From the IMG/VR virus record IMGVR_UViG_2616644925_000001, positions 1-64,000 of that record: a stretch of DNA of 64,000 nt; one strand, written 5' to 3'. Under the pieces are notes generated by a model. The model was not told the origin of the DNA. It did not search any database and saw only the letters and a program-made list of their open reading frames with translations. The first letter of the stretch is position 1, and each line of letters opens with the position of its first letter. This DNA comes from a virus (taxonomy: Duplodnaviria; Caudoviricetes). The translations under genes and the position numbers were made by a program. This document shows positions 1-10,501 of this stretch, one piece after another.

Positions 1-1219
1 CGCGTCCAAAACGAGCCTCCAGCGCCTCCTGAACGGCTTTCTTAGCGTCTGACAGAATGACGTTCTTCTTCGCCAGTGCGGTTAGTGAGATCGTAAATGG
101 CTCCTCCTGTGTCGGGACGTAGCGGAATTTTTTGTTGATCTCATTCGGAATAGCCTTGATAGCCGTCATGATCATGATCTCAAGCTCAGCCTGTGTGTAG
201 CCCGGTTTATGCCCGCAAAAGAAAATCGTGTTGATATTGCTCAGCGACTTAATGCCGGTTGAAATCTCCTGCTCCTGCTCACCCCAGGCACTGATCCAGG
301 ACATACCCGGTACTGCACGATTCAGGAAGTATTTATAGTCACCGCCCCAGACTACCTGCTCGTCATACGCCACGTAGTATTGCGCACGGTTGCGCGTTTC
401 CTCCGTGCTTTCGAAGCCGCTGCCGCCCGTAATTGGCGTCATTGTCACAACCTCGATCTTGCTATTCATATCGGCGATGTTGCCCGCGGGCGTCAGCTTC
501 TGGCCCTGCGTCAGAGTGGTGTCGCCCCGGCTGCACCACACATCCAGATCGACCTTACTACCGGTCTTCGGCATCTTGCCGATCGCACCGTCACCAAAGC
601 GCACGCCCAGCTGCTCAGACGGCTTGTAAACCAGTACGTAATGCTGGCTGGACCCACGGGAGAGACGAAACAGCGGGTTGTTTTCCCATAGCGATTTGTT
701 CTCGTTTTCCGTCACAAACACGTCCATCGAGACGGTTTCCTCTGTTATGTCACGCGGCAGCATTACCGTATAAAACGGCGCTTCGGCGTCGATCGCGGAT
801 GACACATTAACGTGTTCCATCTGGCGGACGTCGTTCACCACCACGCTGCCGCCAGCAGGGATGATCACCACGTCGGTTGTGACGTAGGGGAGCTGCGCAT
901 TGGACAGAAACTCCGCATAAATTGGCAGCTGAATGACTTCATCCGTTTTGTTGGTGATCTTCACACTGCCCCATGACGGCGTGATTAAATGGCCGAGATA
1001 GTTGCGATCTTCAGCTGCGGCCAGGATGCTTGAGCGCTTAGTTGCTGTGGAGATAAACCCCTCCGTCAGGCCGCGCTCAGCAGTAGTCTGTGCAGCGTAG
1101 ATGATCTGCGCGCCAAACACGGCCATCATCTGAATGAATTGGCTATTGGTGAATTTTCTCCACCAGCTATTGGCCTGCAGCTGGCCATTAAACTTTTCCA
1201 GTAATTCCTGAATACTCAC
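1..1219 (-). CDS. bplA: Baseplate wedge protein (baseplate J-like, P1 BplA homolog), runs off the window edge
   Basis: GTG start at 1219; open frame reads VSIQELLEKFNGQLQANSWW...; follows pmgA as in P1. Confidence 0.8.
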   Translation of the reverse strand, partial: MSIQELLEKFNGQLQANSWWRKFTNSQFIQMMAVFGAQIIYAAQTTAERGLTEGFISTATKRSSILAAAEDRNYLGHLITPSWGSVKITNKTDEVIQLPIYAEFLSNAQLPYVTTDVVIIPAGGSVVVNDVRQMEHVNVSSAIDAEAPFYTVMLPRDITEETVSMDVFVTENENKSLWENNPLFRLSRGSSQHYVLVYKPSEQLGVRFGDGAIGKMPKTGSKVDLDVWCSRGDTTLTQGQKLTPAGNIADMNSKIEVVTMTPITGGSGFESTEETRNRAQYYVAYDEQVVWGGDYKYFLNRAVPGMSWISAWGEQEQEISTGIKSLSNINTIFFCGHKPGYTQAELEIMIMTAIKAIPNEINKKFRYVPTQEEPFTISLTALAKKNVILSDAKKAVQEALEARFGR

Positions 1220-1231
1220 AATTTACCCCGG

Positions 1232-1591
1232 TTAACTTTTGTTCATGGACACGGCCAGCGGGCCGTATGATGTAATAAAGGTGATCTGCCACGTATCAAC
1301 GTTCTGCGGCGCGCAGCGGATAGCTCGCAGCCCCAGCCCTGGCAGATCGATACGCAACTTTTTAATCAGTGCAGCCTCAATAGCGACTTCGGTTAAATGA
1401 CCGGTTTCAGAGCCTACTGGCTCATGTTTGTAATCCTGCATGGTGTTACCCCATCCGGGCAGGCCGTAAACACTGCCCTGCGGCGTCCTCAGCCATTCCT
1501 CAAGCCGGGCAAGCCAGGCGTCTGACTCCCCGGCTTTCACCACTACCCCGCCCTGATCTACGCGCATCAGGCAGTCAATTTCGTTTTGCAT
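1232..1591 (-). CDS. pmgA: Baseplate sheath-initiator (gpW/gp25-like, P1 PmgA)
   Basis: 119 aa with LRTPQGSVYGLPGWG gp25-like motif; lies between sit and bplA. Confidence 0.75.
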   Translation of the reverse strand: MQNEIDCLMRVDQGGVVVKAGESDAWLARLEEWLRTPQGSVYGLPGWGNTMQDYKHEPVGSETGHLTEVAIEAALIKKLRIDLPGLGLRAIRCAPQNVDTWQITFITSYGPLAVSMNKS

Positions 1592-1594
1592 GTG

Positions 1595-4500
1595 TTAGTC
1601 CTGCAGGAGTTCGTTGAGCGCCGGGTCGTTGATGCTCAGGGTTGATGACGTGCGGGGAGCCGGTTGCGCCGTGTTGACCACTTTGTCCGGCGCGGTATCG
1701 CTTTTCTTCTTCGTGACGCCCAGTAGTGCCTCCAGCTGGGTACGCATGCCTTTCAGCTCTTTGAGCATGTCCTGATCGTGACTGTTGGTGTCGCCGCTCA
1801 TCATCGGACGCATGCCGCTGCGCGGGAGATCGGTCACATTCTGGATCTGTGCCGGGTGATTTAGCAGAGGCTGCTGTGCAGGCCTTGTCTGCGCCGCACT
1901 GGCGCCGCTCAGGTATGATTTACCGGCGCTGGCCAGCGACTCGGTGCCACTGTCGAGCCAGCCGCCAGCCTTGCTTGTAAGCGGTGCTATGGCGCGGAGG
2001 ATGCCGGGATCGGTAATGCCTGCCTGGTCCAGCACGCTGCTGATCATGTCGTTGCCGCTGAAGCCACCCAGCGTCTGACTAAATGTGTCACTGATGGCGG
2101 GCATGATCGAAGCGCTGACGGCGTTCACTCCGTCCCTTGCACCGCCCAGCATGCGATCAAACAGGCCACTGGACTCCGGTTCGGCGGCGGGTGTCCGGGT
2201 GTTGGCCACAGTGATCGGTGCATCAGAGGTTGCAGAGCCCGGACGGGCGCGCACGCTACCGGTTGAGACGTGAGATACAGCAGCGGGACGTGAGCGGCTG
2301 GCAATCTTATCGGGCGCCAGCGCGGCCAGCTGGAGGCCCGCGGGAAGAGATTCACCACCAGGCAGGGACAGGCCGCTGGCAGGACGTTTGCGGGACATAC
2401 CGGCCACGCCCAGGGATTCAGTTGCGCCCTGCACTTTGCCGTCAGCCCACTCATTCAGGGCTTTGACCTGACCCCATGCACCTGCTCCAGCATGTCTGAT
2501 TTTGTCCGCTGCGCCGTTACAGCTTGATGATGTCCTGCACGGTATTCAGCTTCTTGTAACCAGCTGCTTTAGATGTGCCTTCTGAATAACTTGTCAGCTG
2601 ATTCGCCAGCGCCCTGAATCCTTCTTCTGGGGTGTTGAACTTAGCGAACCGGGCCTCACCATTACCGTTTTTGGCTTCCAGGCTTGCGCCCTCCTGCCCC
2701 ACATAATTCAGGTTGCCAAAGTTGTTGTTGCGGAAGGATCGGACCTTCGCATTTGCGCCGCCCACATTGAGATCTGCGCCGATGCTGTTTTGCGCCACGT
2801 CGGCATAATCAGCGGCGTTTTTGCCTTGAGTACCTACGCCGTCCTCGCCCCACTCGCCACCCTGCAGCTGTGTACCGAGGCGGTTTATAGCCGTGACTGT
2901 TTTTGTGGTGCCATCGGTGATCGCCTTCGTCTGCTCCGCGCTGGTGCCGGTCAGTTTGTCATAGACGCCCGACGCGCTGGTTGAGAAGGCGCTGAACATA
3001 TCGCCCACTTTGCTCAGCCCGGAATCCAGCCCCTTAGCAATGTCGCTGGTATCAAAGGTCAGTGATTTCGCCACGCCGTTCATACCCAGCGCAGACGCGC
3101 CTGACGCCAGCAGCCCGGACGCGCCGGATACCAGCCCGCCCATGTTCAGCACGTTTGCTGCTGTGTACTCGCCCTTCTGTCTGCCGCTGACTGTAGCGCC
3201 TTGATTCAGGCCAAAGGCTTTCTGCTGTCCCGCTGTGTCGTTGTAACCTTCGTATGCGTCCATGCCAGCGCCAAGCACGGTCCCAACCAGCGGGATCGCT
3301 TTGAGCGCTGTCTTACTGGCGACTTTACCGGCCACTTTCAGCCCGCCTTTTTCCGCGGCCTTCTCCGCTGCGGCTTCTGTGGTTTTTTCAGCGACTTTAA
3401 GCCCGCCTTTCTCAGCGCTTTTTTCTGCTGCAGCCTTCCCCGCATCACTGCCCGCCAAGCCGCCAGCGGCGATCGTGGCACCGGCAGCAGCTGTTGTGGC
3501 TGCTGCACCGGCAACCGTTACCGCCTTTTTGCCGCCTTTAAGCACGTCCATTGCCTTAGCCAAGAGACTTTTCTTTTTCGGCTTAGGTTTTGGCTTTGAT
3601 GTATCCGCCTTCCCTTTGCCATCCGGAAGTAGATCACCGGCGACATCTGCGATTTCACCGGCAGCCGACAGTGGCCCGCGTTTACGGCCGCGGCGTTTAC
3701 GCCTGCCGGGGATCAGCGAATCCATGAATCCGCCCGCCCCTTTCCCGGACGCATGTGACAGCTTTTTAACCTCCTCCCGCACATCAACCAGGGCATCCAC
3801 AATGCGATCGTCATTGGCGGCGATCACTTTGGTCTGCTCCTGCGTTACCTGAATGGCTTTTGCCTGTTGAGCGGATCTGAAGCCATCAGCCGATTTTGGG
3901 CCGATCACTGGTGGCGTTCTGGCTTCGGTTGTCACCGGCGGATGCGTCAACGGTGGCTCAATTTTCAGCGCAGCGTTGCCTTCGGTTTTACCCTGCATGA
4001 AGTTTTTCAGCGTCACGACGTTCTTTCCGACTTCGGCGGAAATGTCGTACATGCCTTTACCCATCATCCATAGCGGACCACCAGCAGCAGTTCCAGCAAT
4101 GTCTGCGCCGGAAGACATACCATCGCTGTTCGTTTCGGTGGCAGATTCCAGCATGCTACTTAGGGAGCGGAAAAATCCCTGCTGCTGTTTTTGCTCAGCG
4201 CGGCGCGCATTTTTTTCCTGGGTTGCTGCTGATGCAGCCGCAGAATCAGTCCGTGCTGTAAAGCGACCACTTGAATCACGCCCGCCAGCGCTTACTTGTT
4301 TGGTGTCGGTTAAAGACACCTTATCGGCTACATCACTCTGTTTTAGTGCTTTACTTGAGTCCTTTTTAAGCCCGTATCCACCTACAGGAACTAAATTAGC
4401 CCTTTTGGCTTTTTTTGTGCCTTATTACTGACCATTTCAGTGCTTATATTATTGCCCCAATCGGTTAAACGAACTGAATTGGATTTATCCGTCCTGTTTT

Positions 4501-4783
4501 GGTCTTTAATAAGGCTCTTTTTATTCCTATTTGGTTCCTTGTCAGGATGGGGTGTTTTTCTGGTGTTCTCGCTATTTTCCGGCTGTGCATCATTTTGACC
4601 GGCGCTACGACGTGTCAGCGATCGCGTCACAGTCATCCCTGACGCGGCATTGTTTCTGTCGGCGGAGGACGGCTGTTTTGTACCTGTGAGCGCATTGCGA
4701 ATCAGGGTTAACTGTTTTAACTCTGCTTTGCTCGCTTTCTGAATTGCATCAATGATGCGGGCCTGATCCTGCTGCTTCATCAT
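1595..4783 (-). pseudogene. sit: Tape-measure protein with muramidase-like domain (P1 Sit), split into three ORFs (4391-4783, 2517-4319, 1595-2434)
   Basis: Ala/Gly/Lys-rich TMP composition; RNNNFGNL...FNTPEEGFRAL muramidase-like motif; frame breaks at an A7 run (4410-4416) and at 2517. Confidence 0.75.
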
Positions 4784-4962
4784 TCGGACCTGTTATTAGT
4801 CTTTCTCATTTGCTCTGTGAGCGTGTTATTCATCTGAATGGCGCGCCATAACGGCAGTGCGTCAACGTCACCGACGGGCTGGCGTGCGGTCAGCGTCAGG
4901 TTGTCAATGATGGTTAGCCATCCATTGAGGTGAAAATCGTGGAACAAAAAATCCAGAGCGAA
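4780..4962 (-). CDS. Unannotated ~60-codon frame, probable frameshift extension of the tail assembly chaperone (gpGT-like)
   Basis: +1 frame of pmgB reads FALDFLFHDFHLNGWLTIIDNLTLTARQPVGDVDALPLWRAIQMNNTLTEQMRKTNNRSE*; its TGA overlaps the sit ATG. Confidence 0.55.
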   Translation of the reverse strand, partial: FALDFLFHDFHLNGWLTIIDNLTLTARQPVGDVDALPLWRAIQMNNTLTEQMRKTNNRSE

Positions 4963-5722
4963 ATGGGATAAACAGTTGAGTGGTGTTCATCTGCTTATCC
5001 TCCTTTTCGCAAGCTACGGGCGGGAGCAGAAGCCTGACTTCACCCTGTGTGATTTGCATCAGCAAGCCGTGGCGCAGGTTGCGCTGCATCAGCTGGATAT
5101 GAGCCACTAGCGGCGCGAACTCGAGATCGGGAACCATGCTTTCCAGAATGTCGAAGCGGCGATTTGCGGCCTCTTCAAAATCAGCTGGATCGTCATCCAG
5201 CGCGGTGCAAAGTGCGAACTCTGCAATACGCATGCGCATAATGGCGGTTTCATAATCCGGCGCGTCAGCATCCGGCAGACCGGCGCGCATGCGCTCCAGC
5301 ATTTCCTGCCCGCGCCCGGTCAAAGGCTTGAGCGTCCAATCAGTTGGTACGCCGTTTACCGGGACATTCACGCGCTCAAAGGGCTCGATGGTTAGCAGCT
5401 CAACGGTCTCCGCCAGTTCACTCAGATCAAAGTCATAGGTGTGCAGTTCCTGACAGTGCTCACAGCTGTAGTGAAACGCCTCCAGGTTGTCAGCGCGGCT
5501 GTTAATCATGATCCACCACAGCGCTGTGCGTCGCTCCTGTGCGGTCCAGTCGCGGCTGTCATTCATCGGACCTTCCTGCAAGGCATTCAGGTATTCCGTA
5601 ACGCGCCGTTCGTCACCTAACATGTCGGGAGAGCAATATTTCAGGGCGTCTTTGATCACCGGCTGTCGGAAGATGATTTCAGTGGCAGGGCGCGACGCTA
5701 GCGGCAGTGGAGGGATGATCAC
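4904..5722 (-). CDS. pmgB: Tail assembly chaperone-like morphogenetic protein (P1 PmgB)
   Basis: 272 aa with CEHC motif; immediately upstream of the tape-measure gene. Confidence 0.7.
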   Translation of the reverse strand: MIIPPLPLASRPATEIIFRQPVIKDALKYCSPDMLGDERRVTEYLNALQEGPMNDSRDWTAQERRTALWWIMINSRADNLEAFHYSCEHCQELHTYDFDLSELAETVELLTIEPFERVNVPVNGVPTDWTLKPLTGRGQEMLERMRAGLPDADAPDYETAIMRMRIAEFALCTALDDDPADFEEAANRRFDILESMVPDLEFAPLVAHIQLMQRNLRHGLLMQITQGEVRLLLPPVACEKEDKQMNTTQLFIPFRSGFFVPRFSPQWMANHH

Positions 5723-5733
5723 AGTGTTGTCCT

Positions 5734-6456
5734 TCAGAATTTAATGAGGTTTGATGCGGAAGATTGAACCTGGTTTGTAATTCCCCCTGTTACTCCTTTC
5801 AGCAGTCCGTTTGCGAGACTTCCGGCGCTGGTGTACTTCACAAATGTCACCGGAATGGTGGCAAACTCGCCCACGGCATCGCGGGCGCGGGAGATCTCGC
5901 CAATCGTGGTGATAAAGCCTTTCATTTCCTCTTCAAGCGAGGTGCGGCCGTCCTGTGAGACACGGTAGATCCGGATGTTGAGCAGGTAGGCTGGCGGCAG
6001 ATTAAAGGTGCCGTCTCCGTTATGGATCCGCGCACGGCGCTCCTTAAACTTCTGCAGAATTTCGCCATCCTCGTTATCACGAACGGTCATCGAGACAGAG
6101 CCCGCCGTGATATGAGTGGGCTTGACGAACTCGTTACCGCCGATCAGTTTGCTTTCGGTCTCAACGTTGCCCGTGCTGTAAGTGATATCTTTCACGTACA
6201 TGTCCACGCGGGAGAAGCCGTCTATCTCGATGTTCCACTGCCAGCCCTGCGCGTACCGGATGCGCATAGCCAATTCGAGGATGGTTTTCGCGTTGGCCAG
6301 CTCAGGCGGCAGACCGGCATATGATGCGCCGGCGCCGCCGCTCATGGTGGCGGAGGCACGGGACAGGATGTTAGAGATCAGATTGCTTCCAGCCTGTTTT
6401 GCCGTGCTGGCGGCAAAGCCTTTGATATTCCCGGCCAGACCGTTAAAAAAGCTCAT
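5734..6456 (-). CDS. tub: Tail tube initiator (P1 Tub)
   Basis: Tube-like beta-rich sequence; synteny. Confidence 0.7.
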   Translation of the reverse strand: MSFFNGLAGNIKGFAASTAKQAGSNLISNILSRASATMSGGAGASYAGLPPELANAKTILELAMRIRYAQGWQWNIEIDGFSRVDMYVKDITYSTGNVETESKLIGGNEFVKPTHITAGSVSMTVRDNEDGEILQKFKERRARIHNGDGTFNLPPAYLLNIRIYRVSQDGRTSLEEEMKGFITTIGEISRARDAVGEFATIPVTFVKYTSAGSLANGLLKGVTGGITNQVQSSASNLIKF

Positions 6457-6465
6457 AGCGCCCCC

Positions 6466-7017
6466 TTACCAGGTGCTCATTGCGGGGATAATTGCCCGGC
6501 TGGCGGAGATCTGCATTTCCAGATCGGTTTTACGCTGGTGGAGCGTTGCCTCATCCGGCAGAAACGATGCGTCGAACTTGCCGGCGATGTGCAGGCGGCG
6601 CAGGCGCTCGACATTTGGAATAGCGATCAGCACTTCCAGGTAGTCTTCGAGCAGCCCGGTAATGTCTGCCGGTAGCTGTGTCTCTTCGTAATCGCAGTCA
6701 CGGATATTCCGGAAGTAGAGCAGGGTAAACGGCCATTTCTCGCGGCCAGTCAGCTCAAGCTCAATGGTTGAATCGTAGGGATCGGCATACACCAGTGCGC
6801 CATTGAAATCGTTCACATTTACCAGTGACAGGTAATCAGACGGAAAAGGGAGGCTTGCGCCCCCCAGTTTCTCAATGCGTTTACGGCCTGGTACACCGGC
6901 CCGATCCTGATAGACGCCGAGAGCCTGGCGGAGAAGGCTGGTTAATAACGCCTCTTCATCCACCAGCAGCGTCGTGAAGCGCGCTTTCACGGCTTCAAGC
7001 AGTTCGACCGGCGTCAT
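6466..7017 (-). CDS. pmgC: Head-tail adaptor (P1 PmgC-like)
   Basis: MTPVELLEAVKARF...LLRQALGVYQDRAG resembles the P1 protein as recalled; synteny. Confidence 0.6.
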   Translation of the reverse strand: MTPVELLEAVKARFTTLLVDEEALLTSLLRQALGVYQDRAGVPGRKRIEKLGGASLPFPSDYLSLVNVNDFNGALVYADPYDSTIELELTGREKWPFTLLYFRNIRDCDYEETQLPADITGLLEDYLEVLIAIPNVERLRRLHIAGKFDASFLPDEATLHQRKTDLEMQISASRAIIPAMSTW

Positions 7018-7019
7018 GA

Positions 7020-7511
7020 TTATTCAGCCCAGTTGTAAACAATGCGCAGCGGCAGCTTCACGGCAGCAGTGGTGTCTTCAGAGCCAAAATCGACGGCATC
7101 TGAGTACACCTTGCAGTGCAGGTAACTGCGTGTCAGGCCAGCGCTGTCGCCACCGTTCGACTCTGCTGCTGCAGCAAAGGTGATATCAACGTATTCTTTG
7201 TTGAGCACCATCTGGCGCACCGCTGCAAACACGTCACCTTTGATGGTTTCAACGCAGGTCGTCTGGAACTCACCAGAGTTTTTCAGGGTGCCATGCTGGT
7301 TAAACTTCATGCCACCTGGTGCCACGTCTTCCACGTCCTCACGGGCCATTTCCGGCAGCTGCGTGGTACGGATCAGGATCGACAGGTTCGGGTAGCCTTT
7401 AACGGTCATCCAGTACTCAGAGCCGATAAGTTTTTCGCCCGCGGCAAGGTTCTGGTTAAAGCGCTTTTTCAGAAAGGCGGTATCGGCTTTCGTGTTGGAA
7501 AATCCGGACAT
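7020..7511 (-). CDS. bplB: Tail tube protein (P1 BplB)
   Basis: 163 aa tube-like protein; synteny with pmgG and sheath. Confidence 0.7.
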   Translation of the reverse strand: MSGFSNTKADTAFLKKRFNQNLAAGEKLIGSEYWMTVKGYPNLSILIRTTQLPEMAREDVEDVAPGGMKFNQHGTLKNSGEFQTTCVETIKGDVFAAVRQMVLNKEYVDITFAAAAESNGGDSAGLTRSYLHCKVYSDAVDFGSEDTTAAVKLPLRIVYNWAE

Positions 7512-7521
7512 AATTTGTTCC

Positions 7522-8112
7522 TCAGATAAACATATATGGAATGTCAGACTGGTTCTGGACGCTCAGGCCGGAGCACTGGAGCGTGACGGTGTTGTGGGTG
7601 TAATGCCCTTCGGCAGTGCGGGGTGCGTCCAGCTGGTAGCCGACACTTCGGATCACCACGTCCATCAGCTTCAGGCGACGGCCAACGTCCATGATCACGG
7701 GGAGAGGACGGCGGCCACCCGGCAGCGCAGCGTTCAGTTCAGGGGAGGCCATCTGCTGCAGCGTCATGATTGCGTCCATCACTTCCACCTTCGCGTTCAT
7801 CGTGGCCATCAGGTCTACAACGATGCTGAACTCAGGCGGCTGCTGACCTTCCCAGATAAGCAGGGAGTTGAAATCCGACTTTGATGTACTGCCACTTACC
7901 GCCTGCACACCGCCCGCCAGCTTGCCACCAGCAGCACTCACCGCACCGGCGACGCCGCCCAGCGAGTCATTGGCGAACGGGGATTCCCACATGGATTCAA
8001 TGCTGGCTGTAGAGCCTTCCCCGATGTAGCCCACAACCATCGCCGTTTCTGACGTGATATAGACTTTCAGGAAGGGGCTAACCCCATCTGGCATGATTGC
8101 ACCGCAGATCAT
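7522..8112 (-). CDS. pmgG: Baseplate tube-linker protein (P1 PmgG)
   Basis: 196 aa; synteny. Confidence 0.65.
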   Translation of the reverse strand: MICGAIMPDGVSPFLKVYITSETAMVVGYIGEGSTASIESMWESPFANDSLGGVAGAVSAAGGKLAGGVQAVSGSTSKSDFNSLLIWEGQQPPEFSIVVDLMATMNAKVEVMDAIMTLQQMASPELNAALPGGRRPLPVIMDVGRRLKLMDVVIRSVGYQLDAPRTAEGHYTHNTVTLQCSGLSVQNQSDIPYMFI

Positions 8113-8155
8113 CGCGCTATCCTCAATGCCGCCGGTCTTACCCGGCGGCTATCCC

Positions 8156-8866
8156 TTACAGGCCGCGCTTCTTACGCAGTTTCATCGACTTTTTACGGTG
8201 CGCATTTGCCATCGAGCTGTGCGCCTTCGTGCGGGCTTTTTTCAGCGCCTGCTTCTGCAGCGACGTCATGCGGCGCTTCTTCGGACGCTTGCGGATCAGC
8301 GTCACCTGGCCGTCACGCACAGCTTTGAAGGTGGCCGACTCAAGCATCGCTTCACCGCCTTCACCGCCAGCCACGGTGTAATCTGCGATCGCTTCATCGT
8401 CGTCAGCCAGGCCGGAAAGCGCCTCGAAAACGCTCTCAGCGGCGCTGTCATCGTCGTCGTCGATCATGCTGGTGACGTCATCCTGGTCCGCGCCCAGGGC
8501 TACAGCGGCGTTTGCCAGCTGGCCCAGCGCGTCGTTGAATGCGTCTACCTGCTCGTCATCCAGATCGTCGTCGTCAGACAGCGAATCCAGACCGGCCAGC
8601 ACCAGCGCCAGCGCTTCAAAGCTGTCAGAATCGGCTTCGCCATCGGCCACCCAGCCCGCCAGCAGGGAAGCGGCTACGGAGCGGGCGTCTTCGCCAGCGC
8701 GACGCTCTACAGCCTCAAACATCGCCACATTGCGCGCAGATGCGGCGTTGCCTAAACCCGCGCTTTCCAGCATGGAATCTTTAATGGCTGGCTCTTCAGC
8801 TGCAGCAGGTTTCTCGAATGCAGCACCCAGCAGGCCATGCGTTCTGTGATTAAAAATGTTGTTCAT
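8156..8866 (-). CDS. P1 gp21-like protein with acidic body and very basic C-terminus (prohead core-like)
   Basis: Likely start MNNIFNHR at 8866 after a GAGG RBS; C-terminus KRPKKRR...RKKSMKLRKKRGL. Confidence 0.65.
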   Translation of the reverse strand: MNNIFNHRTHGLLGAAFEKPAAAEEPAIKDSMLESAGLGNAASARNVAMFEAVERRAGEDARSVAASLLAGWVADGEADSDSFEALALVLAGLDSLSDDDDLDDEQVDAFNDALGQLANAAVALGADQDDVTSMIDDDDDSAAESVFEALSGLADDDEAIADYTVAGGEGGEAMLESATFKAVRDGQVTLIRKRPKKRRMTSLQKQALKKARTKAHSSMANAHRKKSMKLRKKRGL

Positions 8867-8877
8867 AATTTCCTCTG

Positions 8878-10455
8878 TTAACGGAACAGCGTTGGCTTGC
8901 CGACGATGCGGCGTGAAGATCCGGTAGGGCAGACAGACCAGGAGGCTTCCCACAGGTCGATATCTTTCTGCACCACGGAGACAACAAACGGCTCAGTGCC
9001 TTGCGTGACATCACGCGGTTTAACCAGTGCCTCAGCGGCTACGAAGCGCTCCAGCAGATCGGTTAAGCCATCAGTCAGGCCTTTGAAGGTGATACCGTCC
9101 GGCTCATGCTTCAGCGCTTCTGCCACGTCATAAAAACCGCGTGCGATCGCGTTCATCAGCGAACTGATGTGCTGCAGGCGCAGGTAGTTGTTTTTAGCGA
9201 ACGTAGTCAGGGAGTCGTCGATATACATGTTCCCGGCTTTATCGAGGCTTACCGGGTTGATGCGCGCAGTCACAAAGGCTTCGCGGTCGATCTCGTCCAG
9301 ATTCGGGATAGGCTTGATATTCTGACGGTTGATGATTGCGCGTGACACGCCAGCAGGTGAGTAATGCCAGCCACCGACGTCGGAGACCAGCGCCACGCCT
9401 TTGGCTTTCGCCACAAACGCATCACAGGAGATCCCCCAGTTAACGTTGGTGCCGGTGAATGCGTCGCGTGCGGTGTACGGCCAGTAGTAGCGTGCTGGCT
9501 GATGTGAACCGCCGAGGCCGTGACCCAGCGCCTCCGCCATCGCCGCTGCAGACAGCTGCGCACCATGCACGTCGTAGAACATGTCGGTACGGGTGTCTTC
9601 CGCCAGCTTGACCAGCGCCGCGATCACGGTCGGGTCATAGCAGCCCAGCGACAGTACAGCCGTCCAGGAAAACATGGATTTACGCAGAACCGTCAGGGCT
9701 TTGGTGTAGTCAGCCGTGGCAATAGCAGACAGATCGCCATCAATGCCGCCGCTAAACTGCATATCGTCGAAGCCTTCAGTGATAGGCTGCATCAGCGTTT
9801 CAACGTCGTCCGATACGATAGCGCGAAGGCGGGTAGAGCCATTTTCCAGCGCGGTCGGCAGGAAGGCAGGCGAACCCATGTCGCTGGTGGCATTGGTGTT
9901 GAAAGAAATCTGGTGGGATTCCAACACTGACTCACCGCCAGCCGCGTCAACTTCCTTCAGCGTCAGGATGTAGAAGCCCGGTGCCGTTTTGTCGGCTTCC
10001 ATGCTCAGAGTGCGATTTGCTGAGGCGTCGCCATCCTCGATGTAGATCATCGCTGCAGCGCCAGCCGCCAGAACCGGATCGGAAGACGGCGCAAAGTTGC
10101 TGGCCACCACGCTCAGCTCCTGCATGGTGGTATCAGCCATCAGGGACAGGGCAGGGATCTTCATGCCCGGTGCCGCCACACGGACCACATAACCATCACC
10201 GCCGTTAACGGCAGTCGCTACGTGGCGCAGCGGCTCAAATGCCGCACCGCTGCGCGGGTGAATGGCTTCGCCCAGCACCGCTTGATAGTTATCAGCCGTG
10301 ACGCGCAGAACAGCGCCGATTTTGCCGCGGCGGGCAATAACCAGACCGGCAAAGACGGACGCGCCGCCAGATGCAACGGAAGTCGTCGCATCAGCGTTGA
10401 CTTCCTGCACCGCAATGCCGGACGCCTGGCCCACAGAAAAACGAATCTTATTCAT
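8878..10455 (-). CDS. Contractile tail sheath protein (P1 gp22)
   Basis: 525 aa; WHYSPAGVSRA and RINPV sheath motifs. Confidence 0.9.
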   Translation of the reverse strand: MNKIRFSVGQASGIAVQEVNADATTSVASGGASVFAGLVIARRGKIGAVLRVTADNYQAVLGEAIHPRSGAAFEPLRHVATAVNGGDGYVVRVAAPGMKIPALSLMADTTMQELSVVASNFAPSSDPVLAAGAAAMIYIEDGDASANRTLSMEADKTAPGFYILTLKEVDAAGGESVLESHQISFNTNATSDMGSPAFLPTALENGSTRLRAIVSDDVETLMQPITEGFDDMQFSGGIDGDLSAIATADYTKALTVLRKSMFSWTAVLSLGCYDPTVIAALVKLAEDTRTDMFYDVHGAQLSAAAMAEALGHGLGGSHQPARYYWPYTARDAFTGTNVNWGISCDAFVAKAKGVALVSDVGGWHYSPAGVSRAIINRQNIKPIPNLDEIDREAFVTARINPVSLDKAGNMYIDDSLTTFAKNNYLRLQHISSLMNAIARGFYDVAEALKHEPDGITFKGLTDGLTDLLERFVAAEALVKPRDVTQGTEPFVVSVVQKDIDLWEASWSVCPTGSSRRIVGKPTLFR

Positions 10456-10501
10456 GTGAAATGTCCATGAAATGCCCCCTTAACGGGGGCGTTAAGGGGG
10501 A

